NCBI GenBank assembly: GCA_018398765.1
Contig: JAHBMJ010000399.1
Coordinates: 62,001 to 126,000 of the forward strand
Origin: Chromera velia
Taxonomy: Eukaryota
Reading direction: 5' to 3'
DNA length: 64,000 bases
The notes below the pieces were generated by a model. The model was not told the DNA's origin. It saw only the letters and a list, made by a program, of their open reading frames with translations, and did not search any database. This document shows positions 27,750 to 40,304 of this stretch, piece after piece. How positions within the stretch are numbered: the stretch's first letter is position 1; each line of letters opens with the position of its first letter. Both the position numbers and the translations under genes were made by a program.

Positions 27750-28807
27750 CACACACACTCGATCATACACAGACTCATACACAGACTCGCAAACACACAC
27801 ACACGCTCACGCGCGCGCGCGCGTAGTCAGCCCTTCTGCCCGAGCAGAAAGGAAGCGACGAACAGAGAATTGAAGAGAAGAAGGAAAGTGTTGTTTCGTT
27901 TTTGTCTTTGTGCTTTTCTTCCTCCACGCCAGCGCCCAAAGTCCCTCTTATCTCCCTTCCTTCTGTTTTGATCTCCCAAAGATTCTGAACGGTCTCCTCA
28001 TTTTCTTCCACCTTCCCCCTCCGTGCCGCGCATACACCCTCATGATCCCTCATGCATGCATGCAATGACTCTAAAGACTAAACGGGGATCACCGTCTCAT
28101 CAATCACCCTTTGAACCTTCCATCTTCGCTCCCGCCATCTTTCTTAAAGAAAGTTTGAGGCAAGATGATGCAGCAAAGAAAGAGAAATTCATAGGAAAGC
28201 AAGTTGCTCTTTGCTTTTCCCTTTTCTTAAATTCGTGAATTAATATCCTCCCTACCGTCTCCAAGTCGATCTGTCTCCTCGAACCCAAAGCCAGCGGGCT
28301 CACCTCCTTCCTGGGTGGGCCCCACTTTTGTTAATTCTACAGATTGTCTGATCGATCAATCGATCGATCGACCCGGTATTTCTGGCCCACACAGCGTCTA
28401 CTCTTCTTCTCATTAATGCCTGCCCTTTCTTTGATTGTTCGGTGCGTCTTCGGAATAATTCAGTTGATCGATCGATCTGTGTACGTACAGACTCTCCGGC
28501 ATCCGCTTTTTTTGTTGGTCAACTGGCGCTTGAATGTGTTCTTTACATCGTTCTTCCATGATTCCATTTTGGGGGGGCTTTCAACAAAAGAGAAAGAACG
28601 AGTGGGACAGAATATAACAGACGACGGAAGTTGTATGACAGATAGAAACAGTCTAGCGAAACAGTGCAGCAATTATAGAGATCGAGAAATGGAAAGGTCA
28701 TCAGAAGCTATCTCTGTGTTTCATTGTTTCTTCCTCACCCTGCCATCTCCTTCGTCTTCCTCTGCGGACTGATCGAAAAGGGTCCCCATCCCCCCCCGGT
28801 GCCCCTC

Positions 28808-31800
28808 CTACATGATAATCCTTCCCGATATCTCCCCGTTTGATCCCAACTCCTCAAAGCGCTGTCTGTACATGTTCAGCTCAGCCGTCTGGTCTTCCAA
28901 CAGCTGGGCCTGGTCTTCAAGCAGTCCTCTCAAAGCAGAAACCAGCTGCATGCTCAAACTCATGCAAACGACCAGAGCAATACCAGAGCATAAATGAGCA
29001 TTCAAAGTATATCAATCACCTCTTTTGCAAACAAATGTAGCGCCTACTACCTCCACGCCTCTCCCATCCGCCCATCTCTTGCTGTCTGTCCAGTTGCGTG
29101 TCCATCAAGTCGTCCGACACCTGGTTTGAGAAGCTTCTTTTTCGTTCTCTTTCCGCTTCTTGCACTTTGTCTTTTCTCTCTTTGGCATTCCGAAAGCGAA
29201 AACTTTGTTGCATCTGCCTGCTTGCCTGCTTATCACAAAAGGATTCAAATGTGTTTCTTTCATCAACTTAAAACTCAATTTGTCTTTGCGTTGAACTTCC
29301 GACGGTGTTCTTTTTTTTTTCTGTGAAAAAAGGGGGGGCAAGAAAAAGATCGAAGAAAAAAAGTGAATCTATTGACTGACCCCTACTTTTTCCTCGAAGT
29401 GGCGGTCCCTTTCGGAGAGTCGCTTCTTTAACAATGCTACGTGGGCATCTCTCTGCAAGGCTTGCTGACTATAAGTTTGAACCTGTCTGTGAAGCCCCCG
29501 GTTGTCTGCAAAGGCCTGCAGAATCTGTACCTCGCGTTCCTGCACTTCGTTTTCCACTTCTGGTTTTGCCGCCCTCAGGGTTCCTTCGGTTTCCTCCCTC
29601 TGTGCTTTGAAGCGCTCCCACTCTTGACGGAGAGTCTCTACTGTCTCTCTCTCGCACTCCAACTGCTCTTCCAAGTCTCGTTTCATCACAGCAAAAGAGC
29701 GGGAGGACTTTGATTCTTGCTGCTGAAGACGGCTGATTTCGGCTTCCTTTTCTTTTGCAGTAGAGAGGGCTGCCTGCTGCATTTCCGCAATTTTATTTTC
29801 GAGGCATTCTCTGTTTTGGAGCAGTCGGTGCTCTGCGGTCTGATATTGGGCATTCTTGTGCTCTGCTGCTGAGAGGCAAATTTGGAGATCCTCTTTTTTC
29901 TGTCTTTCCTTCTCAACGGCCGTCATCGGCTCTTCCTTCTCCTTCTGCAGGGTTGCTAGAGCTTGCTGCTTTTCTGCTTTTAGAAGCTGTTGCTTTGCGT
30001 AAAGAGACTCACAGAGGTACCCTGCTCCCTCCTTTTCCTTCTTCCACCTTTCTCTGTGTTCGTGCAGAACGTCCACCCTCTCCCTCTCCAACTCCAACTG
30101 CTCCTCCAACTGCCGCATTTTCTCCTCCAAGTCTTGCTGCAGGCAGCGGGGCAAATCCAAAAAAGAGAGAGATGACAACAACGATAAGGGCATGCACACG
30201 AAAACAAAACTCTCTACTCCAGATCTGAAAAAGAAGGGACTAAAACAACGAATTCCCCTAAATGCATGGGGAGAGGAGGACATTGATGGGAGAGGCGAAT
30301 AGACAAGAAAGGACAAGAAAGAAAGATGAACAAAACGCGAGGCCCAATCAAGCAGAGCAACAGATGAGGAAGAATAAACAGACACTCACCTTGCACTCTG
30401 AAACTTTCGTTTCTTTGAAGCCTCCGTGCGTACTGCTTCCCCCTTCATCTCCTGGAGGCTGAAGTGCCCCATTTAGTGACAGTGCGGCTGTTTGAATGAC
30501 CTGAGGCTCCGACTGAGCGGCAGGTTCTTTCAAATTGCCGTCAAATCTTGGCGGAGTGCCTGGAGAGTCCGGATGAACTTGACGGCAGGCACCGATGACT
30601 TCTGCGTTCTTCTGAGACTCCTCAGAGGAGCTTTGTGCTTCTTCCCGACTTCCCTCTGTGTGTGTACCTTGCGAGCAAGAAGATGCTCTTTCCCGTTCTG
30701 ATGAAAATGAGAGGCAGGACAGGGGCTGGGGACCCCCTCCTGCTTTGTTGTCATGCTCTGCCGTCTCCCGTCCTGTGATTTCATTAAGAAAATCCCTGTT
30801 TATTGCTGCTACTGCGTAAGCAGATTTTGATTCATTTTGCTGGAAAGTGCCGACTTCAGCAATGGGAAAGAGGGGGTGGGAAACGCTCGGTGTGCCTCTG
30901 CCACGTCTCCAAAGATGCTGGCAGTGCCTCTCTGCCCTGAGAAGCTCACGTTCTGCGTACAAAACCTCGTACTCTTTCTTCCACCTTTCTCTGTCTTCAC
31001 ACAGAACTTCCGCCCTCTCCCTCTCCAACTCCAACTGCTCCTCTAGCTGCTGCATTTTGTCCTCTAAGTCAAGACGGTTGGAAGACACCGTGACGGATTC
31101 TTGCTCCCGGAGACAAGAGACGTCAGCAATCATGGGAGGGCATGAGAGGGGGGCGGAAACAGGTGAAGGCGCTGCAAGTGTGGCGGGTCTCGGGCATTGA
31201 ACGTCAGCTGTCTCACTCTCTTCTTTTTCGGGCTCCCAAGGGTCGTCTGAGTTGTTCACCCATCCACCCTCTTCAGGGGTGCAGGAAGACCAATCAGATA
31301 CCACTTCCCCCTCCTCCTTCGTCCAGTGGACCTCTCTTTTTTCCGTCCACGCGACAATGTCTTGAAACAACAACTCTGCACTCTCCCTTTGTTCTGGATG
31401 TTTGAATAACTAATATTGTAAAATCGAGGGGATGCTTCCTTCGTGTGCTGATAGAAGGCAGAAGGCATCCAATTCCGTCACTTTGATCAATGCCATAACC
31501 TGCCTGATCTTGGGCTTCAACTCAAAGCCCTGCTTTCTTTCACTGACAGCAGGACGGTCGGAAGACTCGGCATCTTCCTGTTGAAGACGAGAAACGTCAG
31601 CAATGGGAGGGCTTGGCAGGGAGGCTGCGCTTTGTGTAGTCACTGCGCCTGTGCCGGGTCTCAGGGGCTCGTCTGTCTCCTTGTCTCCTTCAAGGTGGAG
31701 AGATGGCAACGAATGCTCAGAGAGTCGACGGGCGGGACTTTCTCCACCGACCCTCAGTGGGGACTCGGAGGAGCTCACGGTGGGAGAGATCTCGGCTTCA

Positions 31801-32048
31801 GCAGCAGCGGGCAGGGGGGTATCAGACTGAGTTGGTACAGTACCTGTGCTCTCCCTCCTGCAGAGAAGAGGAGACATGTAAGAATGAAGAAAGAACCGAG
31901 TGCTGCAAGGAAAGATAGACAGAAAAACGCCGAAGAAGCACGATGCACGAGAGAGCATGGACAGACCCGCGCACACAGTTAGGCTTGATATGCCCATGAC
32001 ACACACGCGCACACACGCACAAATGCTCACTCTCTCCCCCCCCCCACN

Positions 32049-32086
<38 letters not shown>

Positions 32087-32567
32087 TCCTAGGGAAGACC
32101 ACTGGCCGTCCCACTTAAGGTCGACTTGCTACTGCCAAGTGATTCGGATGGACGAAAACAGCAGCAGGGTCAGCGAGCACTGACCGAGTCATCGGGAGCG
32201 CCCGTCCACTCTCTCTTGTGTTCGCCGTGAACACCTCAACGTCTTCTTCGACAGACTTTCGGAGGGCGTCCAGTGCGGTGAAGAATTCCCGCATGTTAAA
32301 GTTCTGATACCACTCTAACGTGAGGCCCTGCAAGTTGTCCTCAAATTGCATTAGAGCTGCAATCGGGGCTGGTAGTGGAGAAGGAAGTTCAATCCCGAAA
32401 GTTCTCGCTCTCTCTCTCACATCTTTGATCAATTGGAGAATCTCTGGGATCTCTCTCTGGTACAAATACTGCAGATGCTTCCTGCGTAGCGTTAGAGACC
32501 TCTCTTGCTGCTCTTCTGCGGCTGTCCTGAAGGAACCAGCAACAACCGAATGGCGGGCGTCTGCCAT
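28808..32567 (-). CDS. Coiled-coil protein with internal repeats, function unknown; multi-exon, possibly degenerate or two genes
   Basis: Open segments at 32115-32567, about 31410-31857, 30389-31375, 29381-30140 and 28808-28950. Repeated DLE(E/D)KM.QLEEQLELERER...RERWKKE and I(A/S)(D/E)(V/I)SRLQQ.E modules. Phases are not fully resolved; one N at 32048. Confidence 0.55.
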
Positions 32568-33903
32568 GCTGTCCTGGAACGTTCTATGTACCTCCAGACC
32601 CGAGGTTTTAAAGGTAGTCTGAAGAGTGGTATATAATCCGTGAGTGGAAGGTATTGTTATATATATATATGTGTTGTTTCGTGAATTCCAACATGTTTCT
32701 GGTAGTCAGCGTTTCGTAATTTTGACTCAACAGACAAAGTGGCATACGGTACTCCACGTGTCAAGCAACATGAATGAGAATTGACGAGTGTCATGCAGTC
32801 AGATGTCAATCACGTCATTGAATGAAAGCTGCATGCATGCATATGTCATGGGCTCATATTGGGCTCATGCAGGGATCGTTTCGTAAGCTATAGTGCATGC
32901 CCCCCGCTTCGCTTTCCGCGGGGCCATCCTGTATGCATGCATGCTTTTTGCATGCATGCATGGCGCCGCGCGCGTCCCCCGTGGCCGCGCGCGGATCGAG
33001 ATGGATCGAGACTCCATGCATGCATGGAGACTAGTAAGTGCACTAGCCTGGCCTGTCAAAAAAGTGAGCTGGTGAAGATCACCAGGCCCATCAAATATCC
33101 CTGGCCTGTCAAAAAATTTCTTGAGGGTTCGTGGATGCATAGCACGTCCCAGCATACCGGCCGTTAGTCCCGTTAAAATAGCGTGTACATGGCCTGTCAA
33201 AATAGTCTGGCGCAGGCTGGTTAGTAAGCTCGGCTAGCAGGCTCACCAAAAATCCCTGGCCTGTCAAACATTTATAACCCGTCAAATATCCCCAGCCAGA
33301 TAATTTCAATTCCAAGGCACTCACCTTTTTCGCGGGCGTGAGTCATATGGCGCGGCGCGCGCAAGGCACTCACCCCGAGGGAGTCACCCGTATAGCGTTT
33401 GGTTAATTTTTCGCTTGCGGAACCATTTTTGACCGTAGTCTTTCCGGGGCTGGTCACGCGTGGTTAGGGCACAGGATTTGTATCTAAAAAAACGTATGCA
33501 GGCGCGTGTGGCTTAAAAAAAAAGGCTCGCTGGGTTAAGTATAGTAGACTAGCCTGGCCTGTCAAAAAAGTGAGCTGGTCAAGATCACCAGGCCCGTGAA
33601 ATATCCCTGGCCCGTCAAAATAGCCTGGCTCGTTAAAAATCCCTGGCCCGTCAAACATTTATGCCAATTTTATAGCCCGTCAAATATCCCCAGCCGGATA
33701 ATTTCAATTCCAAGGCACTCACCTTTTTCGCGGGCGCGAGTCATATGGCGTGGTGTGCGCAAGGCACTCACCCCGAGGGAGTCACCCATAGCGTTTGGTT
33801 AATTTTGCCTGGTCTGTCAAAAAAGTGAGTCGGTGAAGATCACCAGGCCTATCAAATATCTCTGACCTGTCAAAAAATTTCTTGAGGGTTCATGGATGCA
33901 TAG

Positions 33904-36806
33904 TATAAGACAATGAGGATGGTCGAGATGGACCGACGGAGAAGTATAGGAATCAAAAGTAAAGAGCTAGTCCTTAGTAGACAGACTAGAAACAGAAAGC
34001 CAAAGGATAATACTATGACCTGATGACCTGATATCCGAAGTCCGTACACATATACAAAAGTATGTCAATTGAAAGGACTAACCTGAGTAGTACTATAAAG
34101 AGGCTCAATCGATCGAGGCAGGATGGAATCAATACGCAGAGTGAAAGTCGATCGATCGATCTCGAGAGTCGATCGACTAATCGGCTCGCCATGCATCGAT
34201 GGGCCCTTTAAAAAATGCACATCTACCACTTCTTAATTGAATCGCTCCTTTCCTATTTGTTGATATACAAGTGTCATCCAGGCACTCATTATAATGCATG
34301 AAGTCGATCGCCAACAATACATGCACAACAGTTGCACAACATATCAAATGGTATGCGTAGATGGATCGATTGGTCCTTACGGCGACGCGTGCATGCGCGC
34401 GGACTGATGGCGTCACATGCACGCTACATCTCCAAATTAAACCTTCACAAGAATAATGCATGGACTCACATGCACCGACCAGAGACCAGAACAAATCAGA
34501 TGAGAATATGTACCGCGCATGTAAGGTGACAATGATTGGCGGCACATAACTGCATAAGGGTCGGCCCTATGCTTTTGTCTCCACACAATCTCACTGCTGC
34601 TCATGTAACCAGGACGTTCGTTCTAACAGATCACCCCTTTTGTGCACTGACGCTCTAGGGATTCGATCAGCAGAAGTGCAAACGACAAGAACGAAAGCAC
34701 ACGGGAAAAACGAATGAAAGCTCATTTACAAAGAGAGGAGACAAACGGAATGTAAGTCAGAAGAAACGTTATGAAAGAGATGAAACGATCAATCTTCAAA
34801 CGGAAGGCCTGAAATCAAGTAAGAGCAAGCAAACCAAAAATCAGATAAAATCAGATTAGGCATGTCTAATGACCGTGTGACCAATCTTGACCGATGACCG
34901 ATGACCAAAGATACAGAGACAGAAAGAGACTGAACGACCATGCATGCACTCAATTGTAAACTGAGTCTCATGTAACCAAAGAACCGATGACCAAAAAGCG
35001 AGTCTCTCCTTTCACAGATGGGAGGAGAGTAACAACAGAAACAGACCAGAGAACAGACCGATCTTCAAATCGGAGCCGTACCCCCAATCTAGCAGATCCA
35101 CTCCTTTGAAGTGCCGTAGTCGTCCGTGAAGGTAATCTTCTTTTCGTTCTTCACCTTGGCAGGGGAAGTAGAAGAAGAACCTGCGTGATGATCTTCGAGT
35201 GCATCTGCGCTTTTGGTGTTTCTGCACATATGTGCAAAATGGCCTCCCTTTCCACACGAGTTATACTGCTTGCCTCACGTAGGGTAGCGGTGTGAAGCCT
35301 GAGCTTCGAGACGGAATCCACAGTTGCGACACGTCTTCTCTCCTTGTTCAACTCTGTCAGCCGGGAACTTGTTCGGCTTGGTGGTGGATTTCATGGAGAG
35401 GCCGGCCATGGAAGAGAAGTTAAAAGTGTTGCCGATGACGATGGGGTTCTTGGTCTTGCCTGAGAGAGCCTCCACTCGGAAGAGACTCTTCATCGCATCC
35501 TGCAGGGCTGCCCAGGTGTCGCGGTCACCCATCAGGATGGCGACCTTCTCCTTCTTCTGGTCAGTGAGGGCGTTTATCAGGTAGACGGACTTGTCGGAGT
35601 CCGACATGGTCTGGCCAGCGGGGAAGGTGGCCTCGTACGCTGCCACAGCAGCAAAGAAGCGGTCAAAAAAGATCTTTGAGTCCTCGTCGTGTCGCTGTCG
35701 GATGTTGTGGATGACCCGCAAGGCGTCGACCCTCTGCTTCTTGATATCATCAAGGTAGAAGGCCTCCAAGTCCGTGAGAATCTCATCGAGGGCCTTCTGG
35801 TTCGCCGTCCAGTCGGGGACGACCCGCTCAACTCGCTACATGAACACAAGGTCAATGTTCTCCTCCCCCTTTGCTGCACCTACAGTTACGTCGAACGCTG
35901 ACTGCATATACATTTTCTTCAGGTCATCTTCTGTAGTGGTTGCTTGAAGAAGAACGACTGCTCTGCGGAAGCTTCTTTTCCACTTCTTAAAGTGCGTAAT
36001 ACCGAAGGCTTTGAAAAGGGGAACTGAAATGGAAGAGACAGTTGTCATCTTTCCAACCAGTCTGACACGTACTGATATAAGACAATGAGGATGGTCGAGA
36101 TAGACCGACGGAGAAGTATAGGAATCAAAAGCAAAGAGCTAGTCCTTAGCAGACAGACTAGAAACAGAAAGCCAAAGGATGATGCTGTGACCTGATGACC
36201 TGATGTCCGAAGTCCATACACATACACAAAAGTATGTCAATTGAAAGGACTAACCTGAGTAGTACCATAAAGAAGCTCAATCGATCGAGGCAGGATGGAA
36301 TCAATACACAGAGTGAAAGTCGATCGATCGATCTCGACAGTTGATCGACTAATCGGCTCGCCATGCATCGATGGGCCCTTTAAAAAATGCACATCTACCA
36401 CTTCTTAATTGAATCGCTCCTTTCCTATTTGTTGACATATAAGTGTCATCCAGGCACTCATTACAATGCATGAAGTCGATCGCCAACAACACATGTACAA
36501 CAGTTGCACAACATATCAAACGGTATGCGTGGATGGATCGATCGGTCCTTACGGCGACGCGTGCACGCACGCAGACTGATGGCGTCGCATGCACGCCACA
36601 TCTCCAAATTAAACCTTCACGAGAATAATGCATGGACTCACATGCACCGAGTCGGACCAGAGACCAGAACAAATCAGATGAGAATATATACCGCACATGC
36701 AAGGTGAATATGATTGGTGGTGCACAACTGCATAAGGGTCGGCCCTATGCTTTTGTCTCTACATAATCTCACTGCTGCTCATGTAACCAGGACGTTCGTT
36801 CTAACA
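33904..36806 (-). mobile_element. Gag-only LTR retrotransposon (Ty3/Gypsy-like gag) inserted in the Helitron-like array
   Basis: LTRs 33904-34628 and 36076-36806; TSD CATAG at 33899-33903 and 36807-36811; purine-rich tract AAAAGGGGTGATC before the 3' LTR; 1.45-kb interior holds only gag. The uninterrupted site is visible at about 33125-33160. Confidence 0.92.
35089..36048 (-). pseudogene. gag: Retrotransposon gag pseudogene
   Basis: One frame MTTVSS...WIC* with in-frame stops at 35836 (TAG) and 35275 (TGA). Decayed double zinc knuckle CRNCG...HRYPT*GKQYNSCGKGGHFAHMC. Confidence 0.85.
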
Positions 36807-37886
36807 CATAGCATATCCCAGCATACCGGCCGTTCGTCCTGTCAAAATAGTGTGTACATGGTCTATTAAAATAGCTTGGCGCAGGCTGGTTAGTGAGCTC
36901 GGCTGGCAGGCTCACCAAAAATCCCTGGCCTGTCAAACATTTATAGTCCGTTAAATGTCCCCAGCCGGATAATTTCAATTCCCAGGCACTCACCTTTTTC
37001 GCAGGCGCGAGTCATATGCGGCAGCGCGCGCAAGGCACTCACCCCGGGAGAGTTACCCGTATAGCGTTTGGTTAATTTTTCGTTTGCGGGACCATTTTTG
37101 ATGGTAATCTTTCCGGGGCCGGTCGTACATAGTTAGGGCGCAGGATTTGTGTCTAAAAAAACGTATGCAGGCGTGTGTGGCTTAAAAAAAAAGGCTCGCT
37201 GGGTTAAGTATAGTAGACTAGCCTGGCTTGTCAAAAAAGTGAGCTGGTCAAGATCACCAGGCCCGTGAAATATCCCTGGCCCGTCAAAATAGCCTGGCTC
37301 GTTAAAAATCCCTGGCCCGTCAAACATTTATGCCAATTTTATGGCCCGTCAAATGTCCCCAGCCGGATAATTTCAATTCCAAGGCACTCACCCTTTTCGC
37401 GGGTGCGCGCAATTAAGGCACTCACCCGTATAGCGTTTGGTTAATTTTTCGCTTGCGGGACCATTTTTGGCGGTGGCTTTCCGGGGCCCCCGCGCGACCC
37501 CCTTTTTTGACCGTGAGGGTTCGCGCGAGGCACTCACCAAAACGCATGCAGGGGCGTGTGGCTAAAAAAAAATGGCTTGCCGTATTAAGTATAGTAGAAG
37601 TAGATACCTCTTATCGCCTCTCCGGGCGTGTATTGGTCCGGTATGCATGGAGACTCCCCAACATGCAGCCGGTGACTCCGGGTGACTCAGAGTCCGGTCG
37701 TACCGTTTGATCATTGAATATATCAATATAGAAGCACCATGAAGCACTGAACAGTCTCAGTGAAGTATTATGAATAGTAGAAAGAGCGGTAAACAAAGTT
37801 GGAGTTGGGATAGCCATTCATTTTTTGTTTGAAGAGCCAAAAGCACAGATCGGTACACAAGAGAGACTGGGTCAGAAAGAGCAGGG

Positions 37887-38687
37887 ATGAATATCGACCA
37901 GGCGGTCGCCCAGCTCCGCTCTGCCGAAGCGTCGGACGAAGCCAACATGAAAGTGCCCCGAGCAGACGAGTCACAGAGAACAACAAAGGACGACATCAAG
38001 TCAATTGTGAGTGGAATGGGGAACGTTGGCGGCAGTTCTTTTTTCGGAATTCCTCCCTGCTTCCTGCCTGTAGTCGTGGAGACGGCACAGGCCGAGGCCA
38101 GATCCCTCAACCCAGGTGCTCCAGAGCCTTCACTTGATTTGCTTTCAGATGTGTGGATGTACTTTCGGTTCTTCTGGTGGGTTCAGGACAGGATAGGCAA
38201 GCTGAGGCATCAGGGCATGCACTCACACGCGGACGTGATACAGTACTTCACACAGCAGGGCCAAGGTGGAGAGACGTCGTTCATGAACAGCAAGGAGCGG
38301 CAGCTATTGGAACAGTTGGACACGGACACCCTCACGCGCCTTGCAAGAGTCTCTCTTGAGCTCTGTAAGCGTGTCGAGGAGGCCTTCAAGAAGGTGCGCA
38401 TTGAGGAAATCGACTCGGAGATGGGGGATGTGGACGAGTATGGGCAGACTGAGCTGAAGAGGTTCATTAACTTTCTCCTCAGGATGCAGACAGCAGAGGG
38501 CATTTGCGCCAGTCTACTGGTGAGTGGCAAGCACGAGGTGGAGGAGTTTGTGCAAAAAAACAGAGAGCTGGGCATCTTCCACGAGAGAGAGACTGCAGGC
38601 CTCGATTTGCTGTTCTGCCAAGCACTGCGGGAAAGAGGAGTCCCAGCAAAGGCCCTGGAGGAGAGAGGCCTGGCCCCTCTTCGGTGA
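37887..38687 (+). CDS. Intronless hypothetical protein, 266 aa
   Basis: ATG-initiated ORF with coding-like GC3 bias and normal amino-acid complexity; no family recognised. Confidence 0.7.
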   Translation: MNIDQAVAQLRSAEASDEANMKVPRADESQRTTKDDIKSIVSGMGNVGGSSFFGIPPCFLPVVVETAQAEARSLNPGAPEPSLDLLSDVWMYFRFFWWVQDRIGKLRHQGMHSHADVIQYFTQQGQGGETSFMNSKERQLLEQLDTDTLTRLARVSLELCKRVEEAFKKVRIEEIDSEMGDVDEYGQTELKRFINFLLRMQTAEGICASLLVSGKHEVEEFVQKNRELGIFHERETAGLDLLFCQALRERGVPAKALEERGLAPLR

Positions 38688-39006
38688 AGTGAGCAGGAGG
38701 ATAGAGTGACGCAGACAAGAGGAAACGCGGATCGATCGGTGCACGCGTATGGTAGTCAACATCATATGATATCAGATTCTCTGAGGTGCCTTTTTCCAAT
38801 CAATGATTGGTCCCGATTTAAATCCAATTGGAAACAAAAATTTCCGGCCAATTCAAAATATATATGATTTTCACGATGATTTAGATGTAATTAGACAGTA
38901 AATTGTTTTCAATGTTGAGTAAAGTGTAAAACTAGGTATAAAAAAAGTAAGAAACGTTAGGAAATGATATGTAAGAAATATGTTAGAATCAGTAAGAATA
39001 GGTTAA

Positions 39007-40290
39007 TTGATTGATTGATTGATATGTTCTGCCCTAGGGCCTTCCCGCTATGTCTATCTGTCGCCAGAGCTAGCAGGGCGGGGCGTTCCCCAGCCTAAGC
39101 TGAGGTATCAGACCCCGCCCTTGGGGCCCGCCAGAGTTTGTTGCCCTGGCCGCTGCTGCATGATTGTTCGTTATTCGAGCCACCGCTCTAAATCCATATT
39201 AGCTTTCCGGCCTAAAAATCGATTAAAACGGTATGCGATTTGGGCTTCCTCGCTCTTTTTATTTGCTTTATTAATCTTCTTCTGTGGCTCCCTCCTTCCC
39301 CACCCTAACGCTCCTTCGGTCGTCTCTAAGTTATCAATTGTCTCCTCATATTCTTTTGTTAGTCTCTCGATCGCCCGCTGCCTTCCAGTGATTTCTGCAT
39401 GTCTGGCCGCCAGAGCGTCTCCCTCTATGTGTCCGTACTATCCTGGACACTCCTTAAACACCTTCCATCTGAATGACGCCCATCCCAAAAACTTATCCAC
39501 TCCAGCATGACATTCATTCAACAGAAAGCAAAAAAGCGTCGAGTTATCTCTTTTTCTCTCTTCTCTGTTGAGCCCTTCTCTTTTTATGGCTGCCTTTCTG
39601 GCTCTTTCTTCCATCTTGCTATCCCATTTCTCTTCTATTTTCCTGAACATCTCTGCTCTCTCTCTGTCAAAAATAGGACATTCTGTCACCAGATAGATTT
39701 CATCTTCCACCACCTCGATTCCTAACCACCTTCGACAGAACTGGCACATCCTTTTCTGTAACGGCACCTTCTCTCCCCCCCTTACCAGAATTTTTCCCTG
39801 AGTCGCAGCCACGGCCCTGTCTCCTACCCTGTATGCTGCTCTCCTCCTATGTTCCGATCGCGGCGCCACTCTCGTATAGCAAAAAAAGGCTCTCACTATT
39901 CTCTCTCTGTCTATTTTTATTGTTGAGCCAACCTTTCTACCTGATCTATCTTTAAACAAAAAAAGGTGGAGACGGTTTCCGTTTGAGACCTTTCTGTGTA
40001 TGTCAGCCAATGGCATCATCACTCCTGTCAGTCCCCTCCATTTCGTTCTCTACCCCCTCTCTCAGGCATGTAAGGATTGCCTGCCCTACCGTTTCGTTTC
40101 TTTTCTCCTTTAAATCTCTGCCCACCGGATCGTTCTGGAAGCCACTTCGAGATCAATCAGAATAAAACCTCCTTCCATTATCAGCGTATCACAATTTTCT
40201 TTTTTTCTCAAACGCAAAACAAACCTGACAAATCTCTTTTGCTTCTTGTTAAATTCTGCATATGCGCTATCAGGTTAGAATGCGTCAAAA
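39007..40290 (-). mobile_element. 5'-truncated non-LTR retrotransposon (LINE) 3' end with (TCAA)n tail
   Basis: ORF 39438-40022 contains RMCQFC...VEDEIYLVTECPIF, resembling the LINE ORF2 C-terminal CCHC finger with H changed to Y. The 3' UTR ends in ATCAATCAATC. A second copy lies at about 44484-45660 in opposite orientation. 5' limit approximate. Confidence 0.8.
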
Positions 40291-40304
40291 TACAGGGCCC
40301 CCCC

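Larger units (their letters stand above)
33043..37604 (-). mobile_element. Non-autonomous Helitron-like tandem concatemer
   Basis: Minus strand begins A|TCTACTTCTACTATACTTAA (37604) and ends CCAGGCTAG|T (33043), with hairpin CTGGTGA-aga-TCACCAG about 25 nt from that end. Internal CTAG|TCTACTATAC head-to-tail junctions at 33548/9 and 37217/8. An approximately 760-bp block is duplicated. Confidence 0.65.

Noticed and set aside
27401..27925. Diverged direct repeat of about 100 bp (27401 and 27826) as LTRs
   Set aside because: No TG/CA ends, TSD, PBS or PPT seen; likely a local duplication.
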